The notes under the pieces: model-generated | Databases searched by the model: none | What the model saw: the letters and a program-made list of their open reading frames with translations, nothing else | What the model was told of the DNA's origin: nothing | Part shown: piece by piece, positions 26,390 to 36,518 of the stretch | Layout of the letters: every line of letters begins with the position of its first letter | How positions within the stretch are numbered: the first letter of the stretch is position 1 | From: a virus | Reading direction: 5' to 3' (one strand) | DNA length: 64,000 nt | Virus record (IMG/VR): IMGVR_UViG_3300000976_000009 | Location: 289,144-353,143 of that record | Translations under genes and position numbers: made by a program

Positions 26390-27283
26390 ATGTTTAGAAG
26401 CTTAAAATTATTCAGTTTATTCAATGTTGACATTAAAGTCCATTGGTCTTGGTTACTGTTATTCATATTATTTATTGATTTTGCTGACCCAATTAATGAG
26501 ATATTAATTAGTACCTTAACTGTAGTAATGATTTTTACCATTGTGTTAATTCATGAATTTGGACATATATTTGCTGGTAGGAAATATGGGTTAAACACAT
26601 CTAAAGTTATTTTAAGTTTCTTAGGTGGTGCCGCAATTATGGATGAGGGTTTAGATAAATTAGAACCTAAAAAAGCACTATGGGTGGCATTTGCTGGTCC
26701 CTTAACTAATTTAATTATGTTTTTTGCATTATTACCATTTGTTAATATAGTTTTTAGTGGTGAAACAATTGATGTTGAGGCAGTAAATTCATGGCAATTG
26801 TTTTATTTATTGGGTCTTGTGATGAATGCGATAATGTTTATATTTAATTTATTACCGATATTCCCAATGGATGGTGGTAGGTTACTTAGAAGTACATTAG
26901 AACTTTTTAATGTTAAACGTTCATTTGAAATCTCAATTAGAGTTACACAAGTATTTTGTATTATAATATTTGGATTAGGAATTTATTTAGGTAGTTTCAC
27001 TATGCCATTAATAGGTGTTTTATTTTTTGTCACTTCAATTTTTGAAATGAATAAGAAAAAGGAAGATGATGAATTTGAAAAAACCAAAGTTGAAACAACT
27101 AATGATATTAAAAGGAAGATTGATTGGGAGTTTAACTCTAAGAATATGAGTAGGGTTGAAAAATTAGTTTTCTTAAGTACTTTAGAAATAAAGTCATATG
27201 AAACAAACAGTGTTCGTGTTATTAACCATATAAAAGAAATTTGTGATGAATACAGAGAAAATATTGAAAGAACTGGGGATTAA
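26390..27283 (+). CDS. M50 site-2 intramembrane metalloprotease
   Basis: HEFGH, AGP, NLLPIFPMDGGR. Confidence 0.9.
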   Translation: MFRSLKLFSLFNVDIKVHWSWLLLFILFIDFADPINEILISTLTVVMIFTIVLIHEFGHIFAGRKYGLNTSKVILSFLGGAAIMDEGLDKLEPKKALWVAFAGPLTNLIMFFALLPFVNIVFSGETIDVEAVNSWQLFYLLGLVMNAIMFIFNLLPIFPMDGGRLLRSTLELFNVKRSFEISIRVTQVFCIIIFGLGIYLGSFTMPLIGVLFFVTSIFEMNKKKEDDEFEKTKVETTNDIKRKIDWEFNSKNMSRVEKLVFLSTLEIKSYETNSVRVINHIKEICDEYRENIERTGD

Positions 27284-27857
27284 TGGTGAAGTATTAGCCA
27301 TATTTCCTTATGGTAGTCAAGTTTATGGGACTGCTGACTCAAAATCTGATAATGATTTTATAATCGTTATGAAAAGCGGTATGCTTGGTGATGGGTCATT
27401 TAGACTTAGTTCACCATTAACTAGTGAGGATGGTATGATTCAAGGGGTTGTGTACTCAAGAGGTGGTTTTATTAATGCTATTAATGATTATGATATTGCC
27501 GCTTTAGAGTGTTTATCTTTAGATAAAGAAGATGTACTTAAATTAGATTGGAATTTTAAGGTTGTTAACTGGAATAATAAGGTTATGGTTAAGAAGTTAA
27601 TTTCAAAAGCATCTGCTAGTCGTCATGTTGCTGACCAACAAGCTAAATCTGGTTTTGGTAATAGAGCTAAAAAAGGTATGTTTCACGCATTGAGAATTCT
27701 AAATTTTGGGTTGCAATTAAAGGAACATGGGAAAATTGTTGATTTTTCACAATGTAATGAAATGTACTTTAAATTCAAAAGTATAGAGCCAGATGAATTT
27801 GATACTAGGGATTATTATAAAGAGTTTGATGAATTATTAGTAAAACTTAGAGCGTAA
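27246..27857 (+). CDS. Pol-beta-superfamily nucleotidyltransferase
   Basis: YGSQVYG..SDNDF. Confidence 0.8.
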   Translation: MNTEKILKELGINGEVLAIFPYGSQVYGTADSKSDNDFIIVMKSGMLGDGSFRLSSPLTSEDGMIQGVVYSRGGFINAINDYDIAALECLSLDKEDVLKLDWNFKVVNWNNKVMVKKLISKASASRHVADQQAKSGFGNRAKKGMFHALRILNFGLQLKEHGKIVDFSQCNEMYFKFKSIEPDEFDTRDYYKEFDELLVKLRA

Positions 27858-28225
27858 TGAACATTGAAAAAAGTAGTAGAATTATTGGTGAATTCATGGG
27901 TGGTGAATTTGTTAGTGGAGAAGGTTCATGTGAAGACAGAATTTACTTTAAACACAATTGGTATTACATGCCCTTGAATTACCATAAGGATTGGAATTCA
28001 CTAATGGAAGTTGGTGTTAAAATGGAGGAACTTGTAATTGAGGGTAACTGGGGTAAATTTGAGCAATTCTTTTCAGATGAATTACACACATTAGGTAATT
28101 TTAAATTAGCGTGCTCTGAATTTAATATTGATGAGGCACATAAGTATGCATTAGCATTTATTAATAGTATTCCACAACAAAACCCAGAAATTGTAAAAAA
28201 AGCGAAAGAATATGAAGGCGATTGA
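27857..28225 (+). CDS. hypothetical protein
   Basis: YHKDWNSLMEV, coupled start. Confidence 0.7.
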   Translation: MNIEKSSRIIGEFMGGEFVSGEGSCEDRIYFKHNWYYMPLNYHKDWNSLMEVGVKMEELVIEGNWGKFEQFFSDELHTLGNFKLACSEFNIDEAHKYALAFINSIPQQNPEIVKKAKEYEGD

Positions 28226-28454
28226 TGCTAAAAATAATGCGGATGAATATTTTAGATTAAAATATGAACAACAATTAGGTGCGACATTAACAAATATTGA
28301 AAGGGCATCTAAAAGTGGTAAATATTTAGTATATTCAAATGATTTGATAGATACGGTTATCACAAAACTAAAAACGTTAGGTTACGATGTTGAATTACTT
28401 TCCGATAGGGATGGTTCAGCTAACTACAAAATTAAGTGGGAAAGTATCGAATAA
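28212..28454 (+). CDS. hypothetical protein
   Basis: ORF track. Confidence 0.65.
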   Translation: MKAIDAKNNADEYFRLKYEQQLGATLTNIERASKSGKYLVYSNDLIDTVITKLKTLGYDVELLSDRDGSANYKIKWESIE

Positions 28455-28464
28455 AAATAAAATT

Positions 28465-28866
28465 ATGGCAACTAAATTAGAGAAGAACTTAGTGAGGGAA
28501 TCATCAGTAAAAGTTGATGATAGAGAAATAATGATTACTATCACTGCTGACCAGAAAGTTTCGATGAAACTAAAAGGGATGAAGACTGGTGAAGTTTCAA
28601 TTAGTATTGAAGAATTATGGCACCAATTAAATGGTACTGATATAGATGGTGTGTCAGAAATTGATAAAAATACTGGTGCTGTAAGTATTAAAAGAAGTAA
28701 CATTAAAGCACCCAAGAATAATCCAATGATTTCATTACATGATATTAGAACATATAATGCAATTTCTGGATTGGATTACCCGACACTAGTTAAATTTGAG
28801 GGTATTCTTAAGAACTTAATAGATAACTACCCAGAGAAATATGGGAAATATAAAAAACCAGAATAA
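28465..28866 (+). CDS. hypothetical protein
   Basis: ATG at 28465. Confidence 0.7.
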   Translation: MATKLEKNLVRESSVKVDDREIMITITADQKVSMKLKGMKTGEVSISIEELWHQLNGTDIDGVSEIDKNTGAVSIKRSNIKAPKNNPMISLHDIRTYNAISGLDYPTLVKFEGILKNLIDNYPEKYGKYKKPE

Positions 28867-28867
28867 T

Positions 28868-29182
28868 ATGTATAGACCATTACCAAGAGAGTTAACCATT
28901 AATAAAAGTGAAATCGATGGGTTAGGTTTATTTGCTGTAGAAGAAATTAATTCTGGGATTGAATTAGGTATTACACATATTAAAGATTCTAAATGGAAAG
29001 ATGGATTAATTAGATTACCATTGGGTGGTTTCTATAATCATTCCGAAACACCTAATATTGAAACCTTTGAAGTTTATAATGAAACCTACAAGACTGATGT
29101 TTTAATGATTAGAACCATTAGAAAAATTAAAGCTGGTGAAGAATTAGTGGCGGAATATAAGACCTACAACCCAACCAAATAA
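28868..29182 (+). CDS. SET-domain protein (lysine methyltransferase-like)
   Basis: GLGLFA, FYNHSETPN, IKAGEELVAEY. Confidence 0.85.
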   Translation: MYRPLPRELTINKSEIDGLGLFAVEEINSGIELGITHIKDSKWKDGLIRLPLGGFYNHSETPNIETFEVYNETYKTDVLMIRTIRKIKAGEELVAEYKTYNPTK

Positions 29183-29183
29183 A

Positions 29184-29570
29184 ATGTATAATTTATTTTT
29201 AGATGACATACGAACACCAAGTAATGCTTTTAATTACACTAATAACTATATATTTAAAGAATGGGATTGGGTAATTGTTAGGAGTCATTCTGAATTTGTT
29301 TCATATATTGAAAAAAATGGTTTACCTTTATTTGTTACATTCGACCATGATTTAGCGGACATTAAATATAACCCAATGACTCAACGTGAACATTTTGAAT
29401 ACCATGAAACAACTGGTAAAGATTGTGCTGAGTGGTTAATTAATTATTGTATTGATAATAGATTTGATTTTCCAGATTACTTTGTGCATTCAGCCAATCC
29501 AATTGGTGCGGCAAATATTGATGGATTAATTAAAAGTTATCATAAAGCAAAAGAAAGGGGATTAATATAA
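29184..29570 (+). CDS. stand-alone cyclic-phosphate-processing receiver domain protein
   Basis: LFLDDIR, FDHDL, TG.D, HSANP.G. Confidence 0.75.
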   Translation: MYNLFLDDIRTPSNAFNYTNNYIFKEWDWVIVRSHSEFVSYIEKNGLPLFVTFDHDLADIKYNPMTQREHFEYHETTGKDCAEWLINYCIDNRFDFPDYFVHSANPIGAANIDGLIKSYHKAKERGLI

Positions 29571-29791
29571 TGGAAGAGGATATTAAAATCTTATTATTTG
29601 CAAGGTGGTTAATGATATGTTATTCCTATCAAGAAATTAGTGGTGAAAATAGTTACTGGTATAAACAACAAGTTGAACATTTTAACTTAGTTGTTTATCC
29701 AGAATATGTTAAAAATGGTACTGTTGAAGAGCACCGAAAACTATTTGAAGGTTGCGGAAAATTAAGAGATGCATTTAACGACCTTCCTTAA
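29570..29791 (+). CDS. hypothetical protein
   Basis: TAATG coupling. Confidence 0.6.
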   Translation: MEEDIKILLFARWLMICYSYQEISGENSYWYKQQVEHFNLVVYPEYVKNGTVEEHRKLFEGCGKLRDAFNDLP

Positions 29792-30272
29792 TTAATTTCT
29801 TATCAACACCATATACCTCAGTTAACATTCCAACATCAAGTATCCATTCCCAATTAGACCTCCACCTATGGATTATAAAAGCCTCAGCAACATAATCGAC
29901 AACTTCTTTGTGGTCCCAACCATTAACCTTTTCTAATTGTTTGAAGGCTTCTGCTTGTTTACCAATAATTGTTGTTCTACCAATATGTTTAACTTGATGA
30001 CATTGTGGACATAAAGATATCAGACCATCTAATTTTTGTACTTTAGTTTCATCATTGTATGACCATATTTCGTGACACTCTAGTGCGTGTCTGTAGCCTT
30101 GTTCTAATCCAGAACCACCACATATTTCACATTTATATTTTGCCTTTTTATATGATTCCTTACGCAGTCTATCCCACTCTTTCTTCGGTACTTGGCTTCT
30201 CACATTTGAGAACCAACATGTTGATGGTACTAATTCGATTGTTAATTTTGGGGTGTTTTTTGTAGTTCCCAT
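29775..30272 (-). CDS. HNH-like endonuclease
   Basis: CEICG..ECHE.W..LCPQCHQVKH. Confidence 0.8.
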   Translation of the reverse strand: MGTTKNTPKLTIELVPSTCWFSNVRSQVPKKEWDRLRKESYKKAKYKCEICGGSGLEQGYRHALECHEIWSYNDETKVQKLDGLISLCPQCHQVKHIGRTTIIGKQAEAFKQLEKVNGWDHKEVVDYVAEAFIIHRWRSNWEWILDVGMLTEVYGVDKKLIKEGR

Positions 30273-30778
30273 TTTCCGTCTATTTCTTTATACACAGCGA
30301 ATGAATAAAAATAGTCCCATCTTGGGATTAGATATCCTTCTGTGTTACTCCCTTCATCACCAGAATCTTTAGTGGTAGGGAAATCATTATCCTCGATTAG
30401 TTGTTTTAAATCATCAACTGAAATTAACCATAGTTGTCTAGGTTTGAGGGCACCAAACATGTAAGCAAATATATCTGCTTCTGTGGCTTCAATACCACCA
30501 GCTTTACCCCAAGATTGGTATTCAATGAATATGTTTCCAGTATCTTTTGTTGGTAGAAATGGTAGTGAAGGTGTTATACATTTATAATCGGCTTTAACTT
30601 CAACTGTTTTGATTTTACCATTTTTACTCATGGTAAAATCAAACTTACTATCATTATTTGCATCTTGAATTATATAACCTCTTGATTCGAAAAATTTAGC
30701 AATATCTTTTTCACCAGTTTTACCATATTTTAATAGGTCTTTTAAAAACCCAGTATTTCTTTTATCTAAATTCTCCAT
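30242..30778 (-). CDS. PD-(D/E)xK nuclease
   Basis: G..GE..FD..VEVKAD..TGNIFIE. Confidence 0.7.
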   Translation of the reverse strand: MENLDKRNTGFLKDLLKYGKTGEKDIAKFFESRGYIIQDANNDSKFDFTMSKNGKIKTVEVKADYKCITPSLPFLPTKDTGNIFIEYQSWGKAGGIEATEADIFAYMFGALKPRQLWLISVDDLKQLIEDNDFPTTKDSGDEGSNTEGYLIPRWDYFYSFAVYKEIDGKWELQKTPQN

Positions 30779-30825
30779 AAATACAAAGATACGCACTTTT
30801 AGTATATAATCAAGTATTTATTAGT

Positions 30826-31269
30826 ATGAAAATTAAATTAACTGAATCGCAATTAAAAAAAGCTAAACTCATTACTGAGGGTCAAGAAGTAGTACATACA
30901 TTTATGACTAAATCTGATGATATAAAAGAGATTATAAATAGATTATATAGTAAAATAACATTCTCGACATTAGCTGAGATAATAGAAGGGGATGTTGATT
31001 TAAATGTTATCACAAACAAACTGGAGCAATTGAGAACTGTGTTATACACATATTATAAAAAGGGTGAAATGTTCTTTAATAATATGTCAGAGGAAGATTT
31101 TTATAGTGATAATAAATGGGAAGAATTACAAATGAAAATGGAGGATACTTATCAAGACGTTCATTATCACAAATTAGATATTTTAGAGAAATTAGTAGAA
31201 GATTTAAAGTCCATCGTTGATAATGATATTGAAAAAAATTTCAAAGATATTAAGAAAATGGATATTTAA
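30826..31269 (+). CDS. putative internal virion protein
   Basis: TATTTAT upstream; MKIKLTESQL start. Confidence 0.6.
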   Translation: MKIKLTESQLKKAKLITEGQEVVHTFMTKSDDIKEIINRLYSKITFSTLAEIIEGDVDLNVITNKLEQLRTVLYTYYKKGEMFFNNMSEEDFYSDNKWEELQMKMEDTYQDVHYHKLDILEKLVEDLKSIVDNDIEKNFKDIKKMDI

Positions 31270-31285
31270 TTGCTATCTTTGTATT

Positions 31286-31963
31286 ATGAAAAAACTACAC
31301 TTATTACTTATGGTGCTATTACCCACCATAGCTATATCACAACAATTACCACAAAAAATTGACACTAATAACCAAATCATTGAACATGATGGTTATGTTT
31401 TATCTTATAATGAAACTTGTGAACAAGCTAATTGGGTCTTTTATAAGCTAACCCCAGATGATTTAATTTGTAATAATAAAGTTAGTGGTGGTTCATTCAA
31501 AGAAGATACATTAGTTCAGACAAATTCAGCCAACCCAAACGATTATAGATACAGTGGATACGATAGAGGTCATTTAAAGCCAGCTGGTGATGAACCATGT
31601 AGTAAGGCTGATAGGTATGAAACCTATATTATGTCTAATGTTACCCCTCAAAATCCTAGTTTTAATAGGGGTATGTGGAAAAAACTAGAAAATTACACTA
31701 GAAAAGTGGTATTAAGTAGTGATTCTACCTATATTATTTGTGGGGGTATACTGTCTGACACTCTAAAAACCCTACCTAATACCGATATATGTATACCAAA
31801 GTACTATTTTAAAGTAATATATTGCTATAAAAACGGAATAAGGTGTGTAGAATGTTTCATAATGCCAAATAAAAGACTATATGGTGATATTTCTAAGTAC
31901 GAAACCACCATTGAAAAGCTTGAAAAACTATCAAATATAAAATTTTCCATAGATTTTGATTGA
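31286..31963 (+). CDS. secreted DNA/RNA non-specific endonuclease (NucA/EndoG family)
   Basis: signal peptide; YDRGHL, MSNVTPQ..FNRG.W..LE. Confidence 0.9.
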   Translation: MKKLHLLLMVLLPTIAISQQLPQKIDTNNQIIEHDGYVLSYNETCEQANWVFYKLTPDDLICNNKVSGGSFKEDTLVQTNSANPNDYRYSGYDRGHLKPAGDEPCSKADRYETYIMSNVTPQNPSFNRGMWKKLENYTRKVVLSSDSTYIICGGILSDTLKTLPNTDICIPKYYFKVIYCYKNGIRCVECFIMPNKRLYGDISKYETTIEKLEKLSNIKFSIDFD

Positions 31964-32027
31964 TATATTTGGTGGATTAGAATAATTTACTTATATTTGC
32001 TACGTATTCACATTTAAAACCAACAAA

Positions 32028-32594
32028 ATGAGAAATTTATTAGTAGTATTAGTATTATTTTTAGCGATTGGGTTCACTTCTTGTCAAAAAGAAGAGTTAC
32101 TACCCCCAAATGAACCCGTAGAAGAGGCTGGAACCATTGATGAAACACTTTCTGTCTTTGGAGAATGGGTATTAGTAGATGGGAAGATGTATATTGATAA
32201 CCTAGATACTGGTGAAAAGACGGTATATAACCATTTTGATGATAGTAAGAGTGTCTCTAGTCTAAGATATGAGGGTGTTATATTCGAATTTGAAAGGATT
32301 GTTAAAGATTCAACTACTTGGACATTCATTGCACCCCCTAGTATACCTAATACTGGTGAATTCTGGTTAGATAATGATAGTTTACAACCATATGGGTTCT
32401 ATTTAACTACTTCAAATATGTCAATTGTAGAAAATAACACAGGTACCCAGCAATTGGGTGGTAGTTCTAGACCTATTTCAGCATACCTTAATGGTACACC
32501 TAACCAAGCTAACTTCTATGTACAAGAAACATATGCTAGCATTAATGGTGAGAACGTTAAGTATTTTAGTGAATTAATTTTTGAAAAACAATAA
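32028..32594 (+). CDS. predicted lipoprotein
   Basis: FTSC-QKEE lipobox. Confidence 0.8.
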   Translation: MRNLLVVLVLFLAIGFTSCQKEELLPPNEPVEEAGTIDETLSVFGEWVLVDGKMYIDNLDTGEKTVYNHFDDSKSVSSLRYEGVIFEFERIVKDSTTWTFIAPPSIPNTGEFWLDNDSLQPYGFYLTTSNMSIVENNTGTQQLGGSSRPISAYLNGTPNQANFYVQETYASINGENVKYFSELIFEKQ

Positions 32595-32734
32595 TGAAAA
32601 GCATATTATTAGGAATGGCGATTGGTGATGCTGTTGGGGTTCCCGTAGAATTTCAGTCTAGAGAACAAAGAATTAAAGACCCAGTAATTGATTTAGCGAC
32701 AAGATATGAGCAAAGATACACAGGAACTAAGTAG
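32594..32734 (+). pseudogene. N-terminal fragment of an ADP-ribosylglycohydrolase
   Basis: MKSILLGMAIGDAVGVPVEF, stop after 46 aa. Confidence 0.7.
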
Positions 32735-32993
32735 AGAAGCTAAGGAAAGGGGCTTTAAAATATATAAGGGTATAGTAAATATATTCACCATAATACTATT
32801 AATACTATTATATAGGTCACTATATATTACTTTTGATGAAAATCATTGGTTATATGGATTGGGTGTGTTTTACTTTATCTTGAGGTTAGCTGCATTTGCT
32901 AGACGTGAGCGTAAAGCGTATGAACTTGATATACCTGTTACTGAATATATGGAAAAACGTAACGAAGAGATTAGACAAAAAAACAATGATTAA
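32706..32993 (+). CDS. membrane protein
   Basis: two TM segments. Confidence 0.65.
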   Translation: MSKDTQELSREAKERGFKIYKGIVNIFTIILLILLYRSLYITFDENHWLYGLGVFYFILRLAAFARRERKAYELDIPVTEYMEKRNEEIRQKNND

Positions 32994-33262
32994 ATCAAAT
33001 TTAAATATATAGCAAGTGCCATATTTATTTCAAATCTTGAGAAACCAAATACATCATCTAAAACTTTAGACAATAATATAAATGTTTGTTCACGCTCTAT
33101 TTTTGGTGACATAAATGTGTTTCTAGTTGAACCACCTACAAAGCCACCATCCATAATTATACCACGTCTAAAACGTCTACCATCTTTTAACCTTTTTACT
33201 GGAAAATTAGCTTGTAGAAAATCTAACATAACTTTTTGTGAAAATTCGTCTATTTCATTCAT
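32990..33262 (-). CDS. hypothetical protein
   Basis: ORF track. Confidence 0.7.
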   Translation of the reverse strand: MNEIDEFSQKVMLDFLQANFPVKRLKDGRRFRRGIIMDGGFVGGSTRNTFMSPKIEREQTFILLSKVLDDVFGFSRFEINMALAIYLNLI

Positions 33263-33302
33263 ATTGCTAAATATAATGTGAAGACTAGGAAAATCAACCT
33301 AA

Positions 33303-33701
33303 TTAGGGGTTATTAGTATAATAAGTTCCAGATTCAGCATCATATATTAATGTTGATATATTATCTGACCCAGAAGCTGGGTCAACACCCATGATATAAC
33401 TAGTATAACATGTCCCAGTATAAATAAAACTTAATTGTGGTGATGTTATGTTACTTGGGTATATGACACTCCAATTATCAATAATATTCTTATATCCACA
33501 ACCCAATAACCAATCGAAAATAATGTAATCAGAAACATCTTTAGGTAAATCAAAAATCAATGATATCTCATTAGATAATGTATGTGGTGATAATCTTATA
33601 TTATCTTCATAAGATATAATATCATTATGTTCATTAACATGATAATGAATATTAATTGTTTTTGTTATTAGCTTTTGAACATTTTGGTCGATTTTCCCCA
33701 T
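33303..33701 (-). CDS. hypothetical protein
   Basis: ORF track. Confidence 0.6.
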   Translation of the reverse strand: MGKIDQNVQKLITKTINIHYHVNEHNDIISYEDNIRLSPHTLSNEISLIFDLPKDVSDYIIFDWLLGCGYKNIIDNWSVIYPSNITSPQLSFIYTGTCYTSYIMGVDPASGSDNISTLIYDAESGTYYTNNP

Positions 33702-33791
33702 ACACAATTATACTTAAAAATTATTAATTTGTCAATATTTCGTTGGTAATATCAATTTTTATTACTATATTTGTGTAAATGATTATATATT

Positions 33792-34106
33792 ATGAGTAAG
33801 AAAACGTTTGAACACTATATTAATTTAGTGATTGTTGATGCATCAATCAGTGTTTCTAATAAAACTGATTTTTCCACATATAAAACATTTGCTCATTTTA
33901 TTTCTCAAAGTATTGATTCGAAAAATTATGGGGCTATCGAAAGTTATATATTCCCAATATTAAATGAAGTGTGTGATATATTAAGTATTCCTGTTAAGGA
34001 ATCAGCTGAACATGTTGCTAGATTTTTTAAGAATAAAAAATGGGTTACATATCACCCACCAATTAAAGCTATTAAGGATGAGTTCAATATATTTCTCGTA
34101 CCTTAA
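33792..34106 (+). CDS. hypothetical protein
   Basis: host-type promoter upstream. Confidence 0.65.
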   Translation: MSKKTFEHYINLVIVDASISVSNKTDFSTYKTFAHFISQSIDSKNYGAIESYIFPILNEVCDILSIPVKESAEHVARFFKNKKWVTYHPPIKAIKDEFNIFLVP

Positions 34107-34356
34107 TATTCCCACATTTATATTCCTCTTCCATAATTTTTAGATATTCCCTAGCAACACCTCTAATAAAAACAAGGTCAAAACTATCGTCTCCCATCCA
34201 ATATGGGTTACAATAATCATATATTTCTTCTGTGACACGTTTAATCGCTGTCTCCTTACTTCTATGTCCACCTTTAATGTATTGATATACCGCTGGGTGG
34301 TTAGAGGTGATTAATCTAGAGAAGAAATATTTCCAAATAAATGTTGTAATAGACAT
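34084..34356 (-). CDS. hypothetical protein
   Basis: ORF track. Confidence 0.6.
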   Translation of the reverse strand: MSITTFIWKYFFSRLITSNHPAVYQYIKGGHRSKETAIKRVTEEIYDYCNPYWMGDDSFDLVFIRGVAREYLKIMEEEYKCGNIKVREIY

Positions 34357-34418
34357 TGCTTTTTTAATAATAAATACGTATATTTATAGTAAATAATAAA
34401 TTAATTAAAAAGACAATT

Positions 34419-34736
34419 ATGGCTTTAGAAGTTACAGACTCAAATATAGGTGAGGTATTAGAATCAGAAATCACGGTTTTGGATTTTTGGGCACAGTGGT
34501 GTGGACCATGTAGAATGGTTGGACCAATCATAGAAGAATTAGCTACGGATAATGAAAGTGATGATAGTGTTTCAGTAGGAAAAGTTGATGTGGATAAGAA
34601 TCCAAGAGCAGCTGCAACATATGGCATTAGAAGTATCCCAGCGGTTATTTACTTTAAGGATGGGAAAGAAGTAGATAGGATAATGGGAGCGAGACCAAAA
34701 TCTGATTACCAAGATAGAATTAATTCTTTAAAATAA
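34419..34736 (+). CDS. trxA: thioredoxin
   Basis: DFWAQWCGPC, cis-Pro motif SIP. Confidence 0.95.
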   Translation: MALEVTDSNIGEVLESEITVLDFWAQWCGPCRMVGPIIEELATDNESDDSVSVGKVDVDKNPRAAATYGIRSIPAVIYFKDGKEVDRIMGARPKSDYQDRINSLK

Positions 34737-34765
34737 TAAAATGGTGTGCTTGTCACACCATTTTT
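34737..34765 (+). terminator. intrinsic terminator
   Basis: AAAATGGTGTG..CACACCATTTTT. Confidence 0.75.
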
Positions 34766-34789
34766 GCTATTAGCCAAATATTTATTAAT

Positions 34790-35131
34790 ATGGGGAGAAA
34801 AGTAATAATATCAGAAAACCAGCTAGCGATGCTAAAAAACCATATTTGTGAAGCAGATGCTCATGAAACTATGGTAAGGCGTATTGTTGCTGATTTAGAC
34901 TTAAACTACGAACCATCACAAGGTACGTATAAAAAAGGTGGTGAATATCACGAAGAGCCAATGATACTGAACATTGTTAGTCAAGAATTAATGACAGCTA
35001 AGTCATTATCGGACTATATCCAATACAAATATAAGTTGGGTGAGGGTTTCATACAACAAATCATTAATGATTGGTATAAAGGTAATTTAAGTGGGTCAGA
35101 TAATCTATCTAAAAACATATCAATATCATGA
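34790..35131 (+). CDS. putative internal virion protein
   Basis: TATTTAT upstream; KVIISENQL start. Confidence 0.6.
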   Translation: MGRKVIISENQLAMLKNHICEADAHETMVRRIVADLDLNYEPSQGTYKKGGEYHEEPMILNIVSQELMTAKSLSDYIQYKYKLGEGFIQQIINDWYKGNLSGSDNLSKNISIS

Positions 35132-35394
35132 GCATAGAAACCACTATATTAGAACATACAAAAGCACATTACCCAAAGGAGAGTAAGGCAATTGAAAGAA
35201 GTATGATTAACTTCTATCATTCAAGATTAAATGAAGAAAAAACAGAACAAGAAATATTTCATCAACAAATGATTTATAATGGTGTCATTGATTTATTTGA
35301 GTTATTATCTGTAGCTTTAGAAAATGAACTGGATTTGAATATTACCAGAGATGAGATTGTTCAGCATTTAAAAAATATTCACATAAAGACTTAA
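35128..35394 (+). CDS. hypothetical protein
   Basis: ATGA overlap. Confidence 0.7.
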   Translation: MSIETTILEHTKAHYPKESKAIERSMINFYHSRLNEEKTEQEIFHQQMIYNGVIDLFELLSVALENELDLNITRDEIVQHLKNIHIKT

Positions 35395-35398
35395 TAAG

Positions 35399-35749
35399 GT
35401 GGATTTGCGTGAGAAAATAAAAGGTGAGCTTAGGGAATCATATGGAAACTTTGAGACATACTTAGAATCTAAGTATGAGGAAACAATAGTTGAAAAACTT
35501 TATGAAGAAAATTTAACTAGAAGGCTCAGCTCAGAATCATTAAGTATTAAAAAAGCTTGGGCTACATACAATCAAGTTATTATTGAATTTAAACATAACA
35601 TAAAAGATATGATAAGGGTTAAAGAATTACAGTATCGATTAACCGATAAAGAGAACCCAAACGATGTTTGTATTGAAGTAATAAGAGAAGTTAAACAACG
35701 CTCACCAGAATTAGAACGTCTATACGATAAGATTAGAAATTTCACTTAA
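35399..35749 (+). CDS. hypothetical protein, paralog of 36173-36511
   Basis: W.TY..YRLT..E.PND shared. Confidence 0.7.
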   Translation: MDLREKIKGELRESYGNFETYLESKYEETIVEKLYEENLTRRLSSESLSIKKAWATYNQVIIEFKHNIKDMIRVKELQYRLTDKENPNDVCIEVIREVKQRSPELERLYDKIRNFT

Positions 35750-36042
35750 TGACAAAGAAAAGAATATTTGATAAGAATGTCAAATATACTGATGAAGAAT
35801 TAGAAACAATGTTTAATAAGCAGCGTGTTAAAGTCTTATCAAAGTATATTGATAAACACTTTACATCTAATCCCGACTTTAAGGATAAGGTAGAATTTTT
35901 TATGAGTGGGAATATTAAAAATGAAATTGTGACTGCATTGGACCAAGAATTTAGTATTTTGAGGGACGACCCAAACGATATAGATATTGAAAAAATGCTT
36001 AACGATAAGCTCGAAAAATTCATACAAGAATTGTACCCATAA
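35749..36042 (+). CDS. hypothetical protein
   Basis: coupled start. Confidence 0.7.
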   Translation: MTKKRIFDKNVKYTDEELETMFNKQRVKVLSKYIDKHFTSNPDFKDKVEFFMSGNIKNEIVTALDQEFSILRDDPNDIDIEKMLNDKLEKFIQELYP

Positions 36043-36172
36043 ATTTATTTTAAAATAAATCCTAGCTAGTTAAATTCTATCCAAGATTAATACTAAATTA
36101 ATCTCGAAAGGGTTAATATTGGTGGATGTGTAGATATTTATAATCAAATAACAAACTTAAATTTATGGTAAC

Positions 36173-36511
36173 ATGGAGCATTCTAATATTACTATCAAAG
36201 CTGGTTCTGGTACGTACAATCTACTAGACAAAAAATATAACAGATTTATAAAAAATTCATTAACTGACACAGACGAAGAAACCATAGAAAGGTGGTTTAC
36301 CTATGAAACAATAATGACCGAACTAATTGGGTTAAATAGAATTAATTTGTTCGAAGAAGTCAAGTATAGACTTACGGGTGGTGAAGACCCAAATGATATC
36401 ATACTAGAAATTATATCTAGGGATAATGAACTAAAAACAGTACTTTGGTCCTATTCACGAAGATTAAACGCATATAAAAATGATGACCTCTTAAAGAGGT
36501 TTTACCAATAA
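36173..36511 (+). CDS. hypothetical protein
   Basis: paralog of 35399-35749. Confidence 0.7.
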   Translation: MEHSNITIKAGSGTYNLLDKKYNRFIKNSLTDTDEETIERWFTYETIMTELIGLNRINLFEEVKYRLTGGEDPNDIILEIISRDNELKTVLWSYSRRLNAYKNDDLLKRFYQ

Positions 36512-36518
36512 TAAAATT

